Shown: positions 29,842-38,603 of the stretch, one piece after another
Numbering within the stretch: position 1 is the first letter of the stretch
Layout: each line of letters starts with the position of its first letter
Origin: Actinomycetota bacterium
Lineage (GTDB): Bacteria; Actinomycetota; UBA4738; HRBIN12
DNA length: 64,000 nucleotides
Direction of reading: 5' to 3'
NCBI GenBank assembly: GCA_005884925.1
Contig: VAYU01000027.1
Location: 10,194-74,193, forward strand
The notes under the pieces: generated by a model
Told to the model about the DNA's origin: nothing
The model's database searches: none
What the model saw: only the letters and a program-made list of their open reading frames with translations
Position numbers and translations under genes: made by a program

Positions 29842-31284
29842 CTACTCGGGCTGACCGCGCGCCGCGTTGCGGAACTGGGTCAGCGACGGTTCGAAGCTAA
29901 GCCTGATGGAGCCGGTCGGCCCGTTGCGGTGTTTGGCCAGGATCAGTTCGGCCTCGCGCTTCTTCTCGTGATCGGAGTCGTCGCGATGGATGAACATGAC
30001 GACGTCGCTGTCCTGCTCGAGCGAGCCCGATTCCCGCAGATCGGACAGCTGTGGACGCTTATCGGCTCGCGCCTCCGGGTTCCGGTTCAGCTGGGACAGC
30101 GCAAGGATCGGGACCTTGAGCTCCTTCGCCAGGAGCTTCAGGGAACGTGAGATCTCGGCAACCTCCTGTTGCCGGTTGTCCTGGCGTCGGGTGGCGGGAC
30201 TGGTCATGAGCTGGAGGTAGTCGACGATGATGAGCGACAGCCCTTGCTTGCTGGTCTTCATCCGGCGCGCTTTCGCTCGGATGTCGACGATGTTCACGTT
30301 GCCGGAATCCACGATGGAAAGGGGCGCGTCGTGCAACGTCTCGCCGGCAGACACGACGCGGGTCCAGTCGTCCGGGCCAACGCGCTTGTTGCGGATCCGG
30401 TCCCACGGCACCCGGGCCTCGGCGCACAGCAGACGCATGCCGATCTCGTAACGCGACATCTCGAGGGAGAACATCGCGACCGGCTCGTGCGTGACGGCAA
30501 CGTTGCGCGCGATGTTCATGGCGAGCGAGGACTTCCCGATGCCCGGACGGGCCGCGATGATCACCAGGTTGCCGCCCTGCAAGCCCGAGGTGAGGTCGTC
30601 CAGATCCCGGAACCCGGTGGGGAGCCCGGTGTAGGCGGACTCGCGGTTCTGGATGGCCTCCAGCTCCGACATGGCGTCGTTGACGAGGTCGCCGATGGCG
30701 GCGGCGTCCTCCGTGTCCTCCCGGCGCGCGACGTCGTAGATCCGTTGCTCGGCGGTGTCGGCGATCTCGTCCGCGTCGTGCGAGCCCGCGTAGGCAACGT
30801 CCATGATGTCGGCGGCCGCGCCGATCAAGCGGCGCCGGAGCGCCGCGTCCGCGACGATCTTCGCGTAGTGGGGGGCGCTCGCGGGTGTGGGGACCTCGTC
30901 GACGAGGTCGCGCAGGTAGAGCGCACCCCCGACCTCGTCCAGCAACCCCGACCGCCGCAGCGCGTCGACCGCCGTGATGACGTCGACCGGCTCACCATGA
31001 CCGAAGAGCCCGCGGACGGCGGCGTAGATCTTGCCGTGCGCCGAGCGGTAGAAGTCCCCGGCGTCGAGGATCTCGACCACGTCGGCCATGGCTTCGGCCG
31101 ACAGGAGCATCGCCCCCAGGACGGACCGCTCGGCTTCGAGATCCTGCGGTGGCAGGCGGTGGCCGGCCGGGAGCCGGACGACGTCTTCAGCCGCGCGTGC
31201 CACCCCTGGACGTCCCCCCTCCGAAACCCGACCCCGACCAACGCGGGACGCTACGCCCGGGGAGCTGGCGGCGACAGTGGACAA
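29842..31284 (-). CDS. dnaB: replicative DNA helicase DnaB
   Basis: PPQDLEAERSVLGAMLLS N-terminus, Walker A ARPGIGKSSLAMN, RecA-like C-domain. The track start at 31284 is a TTG. GTG at 31203 (after GGAGGGGGGA) is an equally plausible start. No intein. Confidence 0.93.
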   Translation of the reverse strand: MSTVAASSPGVASRVGRGRVSEGGRPGVARAAEDVVRLPAGHRLPPQDLEAERSVLGAMLLSAEAMADVVEILDAGDFYRSAHGKIYAAVRGLFGHGEPVDVITAVDALRRSGLLDEVGGALYLRDLVDEVPTPASAPHYAKIVADAALRRRLIGAAADIMDVAYAGSHDADEIADTAEQRIYDVARREDTEDAAAIGDLVNDAMSELEAIQNRESAYTGLPTGFRDLDDLTSGLQGGNLVIIAARPGIGKSSLAMNIARNVAVTHEPVAMFSLEMSRYEIGMRLLCAEARVPWDRIRNKRVGPDDWTRVVSAGETLHDAPLSIVDSGNVNIVDIRAKARRMKTSKQGLSLIIVDYLQLMTSPATRRQDNRQQEVAEISRSLKLLAKELKVPILALSQLNRNPEARADKRPQLSDLRESGSLEQDSDVVMFIHRDDSDHEKKREAELILAKHRNGPTGSIRLSFEPSLTQFRNAARGQPE

Positions 31285-31288
31285 CGGG

Positions 31289-31390
31289 TGTGGATTGCCG
31301 AAGGCCAGGTCGGCGCCCGACTTTCCTTGTCACTCCGGCCCTGAGCAGCGTTTTCCCCATGTGGATTCCCATGTGGATAAGTGTGAACAA
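31289..31390 (-). promoter_or_regulatory. cluster of four same-orientation DnaA boxes upstream of dnaB
   Basis: Forward strand: TGTGGATTG (31289-97), TGTGGATTC (31360-68), TGTGGATAA (31372-80, perfect complement of TTATCCACA), TGTGAACAA (31382-90). Confidence 0.6.
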
Positions 31391-31426
31391 TCCCACCGAC
31401 ATGCCGCGGCCGTATCCTCCGCAGCC

Positions 31427-32080
31427 ATGAGCTCAGCCCCACGGCTCCAGGCCGTCGTCTTCGACATGGACGGGACGCTGATCGACTCCTCGTGGGTCGT
31501 TCCGGCCGCCTTCATCGCGACGATCGAGGAGCTGGGCGGCCCGAGGCTCGACCGGGATCGGGTGATCGCGAGCTACGTCCTGGGCCCGCCCGCCACGATC
31601 ATGGAGCGCTTCCTCGGCAGGCCCATCGAGCCATCCGAGATCGACGGGTATCACGCGCGACTGCGAGCCGAGGCCGAGCGTCGCGGCGTCAAGCCGTACC
31701 CGGGGATCGTCGAGGGGCTCGAGGCGCTCGCGCGGTCCGTCGCGTTGGGGGTGTTCACGAACGCCGACCTCGGCAACGTGGATGTGCTGCTCCGGACCGC
31801 AGGTCTACTGGACCGGTTCGCCGCCGTGGTCGGAGCGGACGAGGTCGCGCCGGACTTCAAGCCGGCGGCCGATGGGCTCCTCCTGGCATGCGAACGCCTG
31901 GGGGTGGAGGCCGCACGTACGGCCTACATCGGCGATGAGCCACAGGACGGCGAAACCGCCCATCGCGCTGGCGCGCTGGCGGTCGCGGCGAGGTGGGGGC
32001 ATCTGATGGATGACGTCAGCGCGTTCGACGTCGCGGCTGACCGACCGGCGGATCTGCCGGACGTGCTCGGTCTGACGTGA
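31427..32080 (+). CDS. HAD-IA family hydrolase (phosphoglycolate phosphatase-like)
   Basis: Track ORF trimmed to ATG 31427: MSSAPRLQAVVFDMDGTLIDS (DxDGT motif I), ...GVFTNA (motif II), ...YIGDEPQDGETA (motif IV). Confidence 0.85.
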   Translation: MSSAPRLQAVVFDMDGTLIDSSWVVPAAFIATIEELGGPRLDRDRVIASYVLGPPATIMERFLGRPIEPSEIDGYHARLRAEAERRGVKPYPGIVEGLEALARSVALGVFTNADLGNVDVLLRTAGLLDRFAAVVGADEVAPDFKPAADGLLLACERLGVEAARTAYIGDEPQDGETAHRAGALAVAARWGHLMDDVSAFDVAADRPADLPDVLGLT

Positions 32081-32093
32081 AAGGTGCCGGGGC

Positions 32094-32125
32094 GGGGCGG
32101 GGCGGCCCTTCGGCCGCCCCGCCCC
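32094..32125. terminator. bidirectional stem-loop between convergent HAD gene and rplI
   Basis: Perfect 14-bp stem GGGGCGGGGCGGCC / GGCCGCCCCGCCCC with loop CTTC. No clear U-tract, which is common in high-G+C actinobacteria. Confidence 0.6.
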
Positions 32126-32129
32126 CGCA

Positions 32130-32582
32130 TCAACCTTCGGCGACGACCTCCACGGTGATCACCGGCTCGACCTCGTGGAAGAGTTTGACGCGCACCTCGT
32201 GGGTCCCCACGGAACGGATCGGCTCGTCCAGATGGACGTCCCGGCGGTCGACGGTCACGCCCGCCTGCGTCGTCACGGCTTCGGCGATGTCCGCGGCGGT
32301 CACCGACCCGAAGAGCTTGCCCTCGTCCCCCGCGCGCGCGGAGATCTGCAAGGCGCCCTGCGCGATGAGCCTGGAGGCGAGCCCTTCGAACTCCACCTTC
32401 TGCTTCGACAGACGCGCGTTGTGACCCCGTTTGAGCGTCTCGGCTTGCTTGAGAGCGCCCTTCTCGGCCCTGATCGCCATGCCTCGAGGGATCAGGTAGT
32501 TGCGCGCGTAGCCGTCGGCGACCTCAGCGACGTCCCCTGGGTCCCCGAGCTTGTCGACGGACTTCTGGAGGATGACCTTCAT
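32130..32582 (-). CDS. rplI: 50S ribosomal protein L9
   Basis: 150 aa, [36 protein letters not shown]. Confidence 0.95.
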   Translation of the reverse strand: MKVILQKSVDKLGDPGDVAEVADGYARNYLIPRGMAIRAEKGALKQAETLKRGHNARLSKQKVEFEGLASRLIAQGALQISARAGDEGKLFGSVTAADIAEAVTTQAGVTVDRRDVHLDEPIRSVGTHEVRVKLFHEVEPVITVEVVAEG

Positions 32583-32860
32583 CGCGCGCTGTACGGGAGC
32601 AGGGCCATCTCGCGAGCGTTCTTGACGGCCGTCGCGACGTCACGCTGGTGCTGCACGCAGTTGCCCGTGACGCGACGCGCTCGGATCTTGCCGCGCTCGG
32701 AGACGAACTTCCGGAGCGTGATGACGTCCTTGTAATCCACGTAGTCGATGTGGTCCTTGCAGAAGATGCAGACCTTCCGCTTCTGCTTCTTCTGCCAGGC
32801 AGCGTCCTTCTCCTTCTTGCGCGCGGACGCGCGCTCCGGTTTCCTCGGTTTACCCGGCAT
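32579..32860 (-). CDS. rpsR: 30S ribosomal protein S18
   Basis: Trimmed to ATG 32858-32860. ...[38 protein letters not shown]; ATGA overlap with rplI. Confidence 0.93.
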   Translation of the reverse strand: MPGKPRKPERASARKKEKDAAWQKKQKRKVCIFCKDHIDYVDYKDVITLRKFVSERGKIRARRVTGNCVQHQRDVATAVKNAREMALLPYSAR

Positions 32861-33311
32861 CCAGCGGTGTCTCCTCGTTGTCGGTGGACGCGCCGACCGG
32901 CGCCGCGACCGCAGCACCCCAGTCCCCGCCGGATGACGCGGACGAGCTGCGGCTGGTCTTGGTGACGCTGGCAGTGGCCCATTTCAGGCTGGGACCGAGG
33001 TCGTCGGCCTCGATCTCCACCACGGTTCTCTTCTCACCCTCCTGGTTCTCCCAGGAACGCTGCTTGAGCCGGCCGGTCACCACGACCCGGCTGCCGCGCG
33101 TGAGCGTCTCCGCGGCGTTCTCGGCCAGGCTGCGCCAGCAGTTGATCGTGAAGAACGACGTGTCGCCGTCCGTCCAGTTACCGGCCGCGTCACGGATCCG
33201 CGTGGAATACGCGACCCGGAAGTTGGCCACCGCGGCTCCGTTCGCCGTGTAACGCAGCTCGGGATCATCCGTGAGGTTCCCAACGATCGTGATCTGGTTA
33301 TCGCTCGCCAT
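32850..33311 (-). CDS. ssb: single-stranded DNA-binding protein
   Basis: 153 aa, OB-fold N-terminus [34 protein letters not shown]. Flexible tail ends ...[12 protein letters not shown] (atypical tip). Confidence 0.93.
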   Translation of the reverse strand: MASDNQITIVGNLTDDPELRYTANGAAVANFRVAYSTRIRDAAGNWTDGDTSFFTINCWRSLAENAAETLTRGSRVVVTGRLKQRSWENQEGEKRTVVEIEADDLGPSLKWATASVTKTSRSSSASSGGDWGAAVAAPVGASTDNEETPLDAG

Positions 33312-33335
33312 GGAACGGTCCCCCTTCTGTGTCTG

Positions 33336-33677
33336 TTACGCCTCCGCGGAGGCGGGGGAAGTGGTTACTTTCGCTTTCTCGGGCGCCTTGTCGGGCAGGA
33401 GCAGGATCTTGTGCCGGATCACCTCGTCGGCGAGCTTGAGCGTACGGTCCAGCTCCGCTTGGACCGAAGGCTCCGCCTCGAAACGGACCACCACGTAATA
33501 CCCCTCGTGTTGGCGCGCGATCTCGTAGGCGAACCGCCTCCGACCCCAGCGATCGATCGAGTCGACCTTCCCGCCGGTCGGCGCGATGGTCTTGGCGATG
33601 CGATCGACCGCGGTGCTCACCATGGCTTCGTCGGCCTCGGCGGGCAGGATGAGCATGCATTCGTACTCCCTCAACAT
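33336..33677 (-). CDS. rpsF: 30S ribosomal protein S6
   Basis: 113 aa, MLREYECMLILPAEADE...DRWGRRRFAYEI. Confidence 0.93.
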   Translation of the reverse strand: MLREYECMLILPAEADEAMVSTAVDRIAKTIAPTGGKVDSIDRWGRRRFAYEIARQHEGYYVVVRFEAEPSVQAELDRTLKLADEVIRHKILLLPDKAPEKAKVTTSPASAEA

Positions 33678-33756
33678 TCACCTCCTCTGGGCTGGACGGC
33701 CCCCCACGAGGGGGAGCAGAAGGATGAGGGCTGTCCAAGTGTACGGGACGGTCGTC

Positions 33757-34002
33757 TCAGGCGGCGGGCACGGCTTGTCGCGCGACGCCGGCGTAGCGGA
33801 AGAGCCCATCCCTGAGCACATACCTGACCGTTGATGGCTGCTCTTGCGCCGCGAGGCCGGGCACGAGGAGCTCGCGCGGGACGGGCCCATCGGCAAGGGG
33901 ATAGCACCGCCCATCGAAGGGACCCCCCGCCAGGATCCCGAACCGAGCGTCTCCCAGGGTGAGGAGGTGGGCCCAAGGCTCGTGCTGCGTGGTTCCGGTC
34001 AT
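33757..34002 (-). CDS. hypothetical small protein (81 aa)
   Basis: ORF 33757..34110 trimmed to ATG 34000-34002, which has AGGAGG 8 nt upstream. MTGTTQHEPWAHLLTLGDARFGILAGGPFDGRCYPLADG... No family recognised. Confidence 0.45.
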   Translation of the reverse strand: MTGTTQHEPWAHLLTLGDARFGILAGGPFDGRCYPLADGPVPRELLVPGLAAQEQPSTVRYVLRDGLFRYAGVARQAVPAA

Positions 34003-34023
34003 CTGGATCGCCTCCTGCTGGTC

Positions 34024-34037
34024 ACGGTGATCACCGT
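34024..34037. promoter_or_regulatory. perfect 14-bp palindrome ACGGTGATCACCGT in the divergent hypothetical/panB intergenic region
   Basis: Read directly. Its right half extends into CACCGTAGC (34032-40), which recurs as a direct repeat at 34069-77. Confidence 0.3.
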
Positions 34038-34124
34038 AGCCAGTGGTACTGACATGCGAACCGTCGCGCACCGTAGCGATACACTCCGCGTGGTTGGCCG
34101 TGCACTCCAAGGAGGTGCGAGCAG

Positions 34125-34910
34125 ATGACCGTCACGATCCACGATCTCCGTTCGTGGAAGTCCGAGGGCAAGCGCTGGGCGATGCTCACGGCCTACGACT
34201 TCCCCACGGCGCAGATCCTCGACCGAGCAGGCATCCCGGTGCTCCTGGTCGGTGACTCCGTCGGGCGCAACATGCTCGGGTACGCCAACGAGCTCCCGGT
34301 GACGATGGAGGAGATGCTCCATCACACGCGAGCCGTCGCCAGAGGCGTCGAGCATGCGATGGTTGTCGGCGACATGCCCTTCATGTCGTTCCAGGCCTCG
34401 ATCGAGGACGGCGTCCGGAACGCGGGTCGGCTGATCAAGGAGGGAGGCGCCCACGCGGTCAAGCTCGAGGGCGTACAGTTCGATTTGGTCCATCGGCTCG
34501 TCGACATCGGCATCCCCGTCATGGCGCATATCGGACTCACGCCGCAATCCGTGTATGGGCTCGGCGGCTACCGCGTCCAAGGACGAGGCGAAGCGGCAGC
34601 GAAGGTCCTCGACCAGGCGCACTCGCTCGAGAAGGCGGGGGCGTTCTCGATCGTGCTCGAGGCGATGCCGGCGGACCTCGGCGCCGAGATCGCGAAGGAG
34701 CTCCACATCCCCACGATCGGGATCGGTGCCGGGAACGGAACGGACGCGCAGGTCCTCGTGATCAACGATCTGCTCGGGCTCAACGAGAAGGTGCCGAAGT
34801 TCGCGAAGGCGTACACGGACCTGAGGCGGGCGATCACGGGAGCCGTGGAAGGGTTCGCCGCCGATGTCGAGTCGGGCGCGTTCCCCGACCAGGAGCACGT
34901 CTACTCCTAG
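34125..34910 (+). CDS. panB: 3-methyl-2-oxobutanoate hydroxymethyltransferase
   Basis: 261 aa, ATG after AAGGAGG. MLTAYDFPTAQILDRAGIPVLLVGDSVG...GAHAVKLEG...HIGLTPQSV. Confidence 0.95.
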   Translation: MTVTIHDLRSWKSEGKRWAMLTAYDFPTAQILDRAGIPVLLVGDSVGRNMLGYANELPVTMEEMLHHTRAVARGVEHAMVVGDMPFMSFQASIEDGVRNAGRLIKEGGAHAVKLEGVQFDLVHRLVDIGIPVMAHIGLTPQSVYGLGGYRVQGRGEAAAKVLDQAHSLEKAGAFSIVLEAMPADLGAEIAKELHIPTIGIGAGNGTDAQVLVINDLLGLNEKVPKFAKAYTDLRRAITGAVEGFAADVESGAFPDQEHVYS

Positions 34911-34949
34911 CCTCCCGAGGGCCGCGGCGGGCAGCCATACACTCGCCGC

Positions 34950-36482
34950 GTGATCCAGCGGGTCCGCCTTGCGGCGGCGGTCGTCCTCGTCTCGGGCCTC
35001 CTCCTCGTGGCTCCGGACGCGTGGTTCTCCCCTCGCGTACAAGTGGCGGTCGCGGCGGCCGCGGGAGCGCTCGCGGTGGCGGTCGTGGCACTCGCGGCAG
35101 CTCGGTATCGAACCGCTCGCGACCCCCACGCTCTGTTCCTGACCATCGGGTTCGCCGCCATCGTTGTGCAGTCGATCGTCTTCGGGGTCTGGTGGCCGAT
35201 CCACTACGGGCAAGACGTCGGGTACGCGATCACGGTCGGGACGAGCACGGTCCTGTACCAGCCGTTGCGGTCGTTCTCGGGCCCGGCGCCCGTCTACGGC
35301 TTCCACTTCGGCTGGCTCCTCGCTGGTGTCTGTTTCCTCCTGGGGGTGCCCTGGTGGGACCGACGAGGTCACCGGCCGATCCGGGGGTGGCTCGCGGCGC
35401 TGATCGTCGGAGGGATCGTGCTCCTCGTCGATCGCTCCCTCGCCGTCTCCTACCGGCAGATGCAAGGGGCTGTGGACCCCTTCCAGATCCGTGCCACGGC
35501 CGAGCCAGCGACCCTCGGCTGGGTGCTCGGCTTCGCGGCCGCCGCCGTGCTGCTCGTTGCCGCCTGGCGGGAACTGTTCCGTCGACGTGACCCGCCCCAC
35601 CCGTGGATCGGCGTTGCGCTCGCCGCGGCCATCGCGCTACCCCTGAGCGCGATCCGTTCGCCGACCCAGGGCCTCGCGTACGTCCAGTGGGCGGACATCC
35701 TCCAGCTGATCGTGCCCGGGATCGCGTTCGCGGCGCTGCTCTCCGCGCAACGGACCGAGACGTCGCGGATGCGGCGGGCGTCGGATCGCGCCGAAGAAGT
35801 GTTGGGCGGCCGCGCGGAGATCGCCAGCGTGATCGCCCACGACATCCGGGGGCCCGTCTCGTCGGTCAAGAGCATCGCGGCATCCACGCTCTCGAACTAC
35901 GACCGCTTATCCGATGCCCAGCGCCAGGAATTCGTCGGACTGATCGATCAGGAGGCGCAACAGGTCCTCAGCGTCGTGCATCAGATGTCGGTCGCGCTGA
36001 AGGTCGATGCCGGCACCCTCGATCTGCATCTCGCCCGGAACGAGCTGGCGGCGGTCGTGCAGGTGGCCCTCGCCGATGCGGAGACCTATGGACACCCCGT
36101 GACCGTCGATGACCCGCAACGCCTCGAAAGCGAAGTCGACATCCGATGGCTCGCCGAAGCGGTCCGCCAAGGGATCGATAACGCGGCGACGTTCTCACCG
36201 GATGGCTCCGCGATCCGGGTCTCGCTCGCGGGCACCGATGAGGGACCGGTCCAGATCGAGATCGTCGACGCCGGTCCGGGCGTGCCGACCGAGCGGCGAG
36301 ACCGGGTGTTCGAGCGGTTCGCCCGATGGCGCCCCTCCGGGTACGAGGACGCGCCCGGGAGCGGGCTCGGCTTGTTCATCTGCCGGGGCATCGTGCGGGA
36401 GCACGGGGGCGATGCGACGCTCGACGTTGCCCCCCAAGGGGGTACCATCCTGCGCATCCGGCTGCCGCGGAGGCCCAGGTGA
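34950..36482 (+). CDS. membrane sensor histidine kinase (multi-TM N-terminus, HisKA + HATPase_c)
   Basis: 510 aa, GTG start, about 7 hydrophobic segments. H-box EIASVIAHDIRGPVSSV; G boxes DAGPGVP, GSGLGLFICRGIVREHGG. Confidence 0.88.
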   Translation: MIQRVRLAAAVVLVSGLLLVAPDAWFSPRVQVAVAAAAGALAVAVVALAAARYRTARDPHALFLTIGFAAIVVQSIVFGVWWPIHYGQDVGYAITVGTSTVLYQPLRSFSGPAPVYGFHFGWLLAGVCFLLGVPWWDRRGHRPIRGWLAALIVGGIVLLVDRSLAVSYRQMQGAVDPFQIRATAEPATLGWVLGFAAAAVLLVAAWRELFRRRDPPHPWIGVALAAAIALPLSAIRSPTQGLAYVQWADILQLIVPGIAFAALLSAQRTETSRMRRASDRAEEVLGGRAEIASVIAHDIRGPVSSVKSIAASTLSNYDRLSDAQRQEFVGLIDQEAQQVLSVVHQMSVALKVDAGTLDLHLARNELAAVVQVALADAETYGHPVTVDDPQRLESEVDIRWLAEAVRQGIDNAATFSPDGSAIRVSLAGTDEGPVQIEIVDAGPGVPTERRDRVFERFARWRPSGYEDAPGSGLGLFICRGIVREHGGDATLDVAPQGGTILRIRLPRRPR

Positions 36483-36487
36483 GCGCC

Positions 36488-37159
36488 ATGGATCGCATCG
36501 TCTCGTTGTTGATCTGTGACGACCACAAGCTCCTCACCGACGCCCTCGCGACCGTCGTCGGTCTGGACGAGGAGCTCGTGCTCATCGCGCCACCGGTGCA
36601 TACCGCCGAGGAGGCGATCAGGCTCGCGGAGGAGCACCTCCCCGACGTGGTGTTGATGGACATCGTGTTCAAGGGGGAGGGCATGAGCGGGATCGACGCG
36701 ACGCTCCGTATCAAGGAGGCCTCGCCGTCGACGAACGTGGTGATCATGACGGCCCATGACGACGAGCGACTGCTGGTCGAGGCCGTCGAGGCCGGTGCGT
36801 CGGGGTTCCTGTCCAAGGACGAGGCGGCCGTGGAGATCCTCGCCGCCGCGAAGGCGGCCGCCGACGGCGAGGTCCTGATCGATCCCACGACCTTGACCCG
36901 GCTGCTCGCCCAGGTCGCCCGGCAGCGCGAGGAGCAACGCGACGCCTTGCTCCTGCTCGGCGATCTCACCGACCGCGAGCGGGAGATCCTCGGCCTGCTG
37001 GCGCAGGGCAAGCGCAACGACGACATCGCCAGGGAGCTCTACATCAGTCCGCAGACGGTCCAGACCCACGTGCGGAACATCCTCGGCAAGCTCCGGGTGC
37101 ACTCCAAGCTCGAGGCCGTGTCGTTCGCGGTGAAGCACGGCGCGATCCACGTCGGCTGA
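36488..37159 (+). CDS. NarL/LuxR-family response regulator
   Basis: Track ORF trimmed to ATG 36488 (GTG 36479 also possible, giving a GTGA overlap with the kinase stop). MDRIVSLLICDDHKLL...VVLMDIVF, LTDREREILGLLAQGKRNDDIARELYISPQTVQTHV. Confidence 0.88.
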   Translation: MDRIVSLLICDDHKLLTDALATVVGLDEELVLIAPPVHTAEEAIRLAEEHLPDVVLMDIVFKGEGMSGIDATLRIKEASPSTNVVIMTAHDDERLLVEAVEAGASGFLSKDEAAVEILAAAKAAADGEVLIDPTTLTRLLAQVARQREEQRDALLLLGDLTDREREILGLLAQGKRNDDIARELYISPQTVQTHVRNILGKLRVHSKLEAVSFAVKHGAIHVG

Positions 37160-37304
37160 TCCCAGGACGCCGCTCCGACCGGCCCCGGCGGATTACCCGA
37201 GATCGGGTATCGAAGAACGGCGCGCGGATGTCGAAGGTTCGAGTGCGACGCCATGGAACCCTTCCTGGGGCCCACCACCCCCTCGGTGGCCCCTCGGGAG
37301 ATCT

Positions 37305-37341
37305 GAAGGCCCGAGCGAACCCCTCCCTCGCTCGGGCCTTC
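37305..37341. terminator. stem-loop immediately downstream of menE, shared with the convergent response-regulator gene
   Basis: Perfect 14-bp stem GAAGGCCCGAGCGA / TCGCTCGGGCCTTC with a 9-nt loop, followed by TTC on the plus strand. Abuts the menE stop codon (37343-45). Confidence 0.6.
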
Positions 37342-37342
37342 T

Positions 37343-38554
37343 TCATGGCCGTTCCTCGGCCGCTCTCCCCGGGACGGCTGCTCGCCGAAGCTTCCCGGAT
37401 ACCGTCCGCGGCAGGGTATCCAGGAAGATCAGCTCGCGGGGGGCCTTGAAACGGGCGAGACGCTCCCGGCAGTGCTCCCGGAGCGCGTCGAGGGTCGGAG
37501 GCAGCGCCCGGTCCACCGGGACGACCCACGCGACGACCCGCTGACCCCATTCGCGATCGGGGGCGCCGGTGACGGCCACGTCGGCGACGTCCGGATGCGA
37601 GCGGAGGGCGGCTTCGACCTCGTCGGGCCACACGATCTCCGCACCCGAGCGGATGGCATCGCCGGACCGTCCGTGCACGCTCAGGCGCCCCTCGGCATCG
37701 AGCTTACCCAGATCTCCCGTCTTGAGCCAGCCGTCCACCGTGAAGGCACCCGCCGTCGCGACCGGGTCGGAGCGGTAGCCCTCCATCACCGTCGGTCCGG
37801 TGAGCTCGATCTCACCGATCGACGAGAGCCGAACGTCCGTCCCGTCGAACGGGATGCCGTCGTAGACGACGCCGCCGCACGACTCGGTGAGGCCATAGGT
37901 CGTCACGACCCGGCCACCGAGTCGTGCGGCGGCGTCCCGGAGCGAGGGATCCAACGCAGACCCGCCGACCAGGAGCACGCCCAGACGCGAGAGCTCCTGC
38001 GCGCTCGCCACGAGCCGACGCAGCATGGTCGGCACGAGGGCGACGTGCGCGCCGTCCCGCGCCTCCGCCAACAGACGGTCCGGGTCGTATCGCTGGTGGA
38101 CGTCCACGGGAGCGCCGGCGAGCGCTCCGCGGAGGAGGACCAGCAACCCGCCCATGTGGGCGGGCGACAGGCACGCCACCCATGGGTCGAAGGCCGACAG
38201 GTCGAGCGCGGTCAACGACCCCGCCACGGCGGAACCGAGGGCCCTCCGGGGGAGCTCGGCGAGCTTCGGGCTTCCGGAGACCCCGCTCGTCGCGACGACG
38301 ACCCACGCGCGATCCGGGTCGACCCGCGTAGGGTCGGCGAAGAGCACCTCGTCGTCGAGGGTCACGAGCAGGCGCGGACGTGCCCGTTCGACCACCGCCC
38401 GTTGCTCGCGGGCGGAGAGTCGGACGTCGATCGGGAGGAGCGACGCACCGGAAGAAGCATGCGCGGCAAGGATCTCGAGCCAGACGTCCCCGGGGGGGAG
38501 CGCGTAGGCGATCAGCTCGCCGGGCTCCGCCCGACGATGCGCCGTCACGGTCAC
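37343..38554 (-). CDS. menE: o-succinylbenzoate-CoA ligase (short actinobacterial AMP-binding enzyme)
   Basis: 403 aa. [13 protein letters not shown] motif, [25 protein letters not shown]. Divergent from menB. Confidence 0.75.
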   Translation of the reverse strand: MTVTAHRRAEPGELIAYALPPGDVWLEILAAHASSGASLLPIDVRLSAREQRAVVERARPRLLVTLDDEVLFADPTRVDPDRAWVVVATSGVSGSPKLAELPRRALGSAVAGSLTALDLSAFDPWVACLSPAHMGGLLVLLRGALAGAPVDVHQRYDPDRLLAEARDGAHVALVPTMLRRLVASAQELSRLGVLLVGGSALDPSLRDAAARLGGRVVTTYGLTESCGGVVYDGIPFDGTDVRLSSIGEIELTGPTVMEGYRSDPVATAGAFTVDGWLKTGDLGKLDAEGRLSVHGRSGDAIRSGAEIVWPDEVEAALRSHPDVADVAVTGAPDREWGQRVVAWVVPVDRALPPTLDALREHCRERLARFKAPRELIFLDTLPRTVSGKLRRAAVPGRAAEERP

Positions 38555-38603
38555 GTCGGGTAGCCTAACCGTTCGAGTGCGCGCTCTAGGAGTTGGTGGT
38601 CAC

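Noticed and set aside
31285-31426. Chromosomal origin (oriC) call for the DnaA-box cluster
   Set aside because: There are only four boxes, no dnaA or dnaN nearby, and no extended AT-rich unwinding element. I kept it as a DnaA-binding regulatory or titration cluster, not an origin.
33999-35600. 533-aa minus-strand ORF opposite panB and the histidine kinase
   Set aside because: Antisense shadow ORF, charged low-complexity product. panB and the kinase have unambiguous motifs.
38555-38603. Imperfect palindrome GAGTGCGCGCTC between menE and menB
   Set aside because: Only 10 of 12 positions are symmetric and it consists of G+C-rich sequence likely to arise by chance in this genome.
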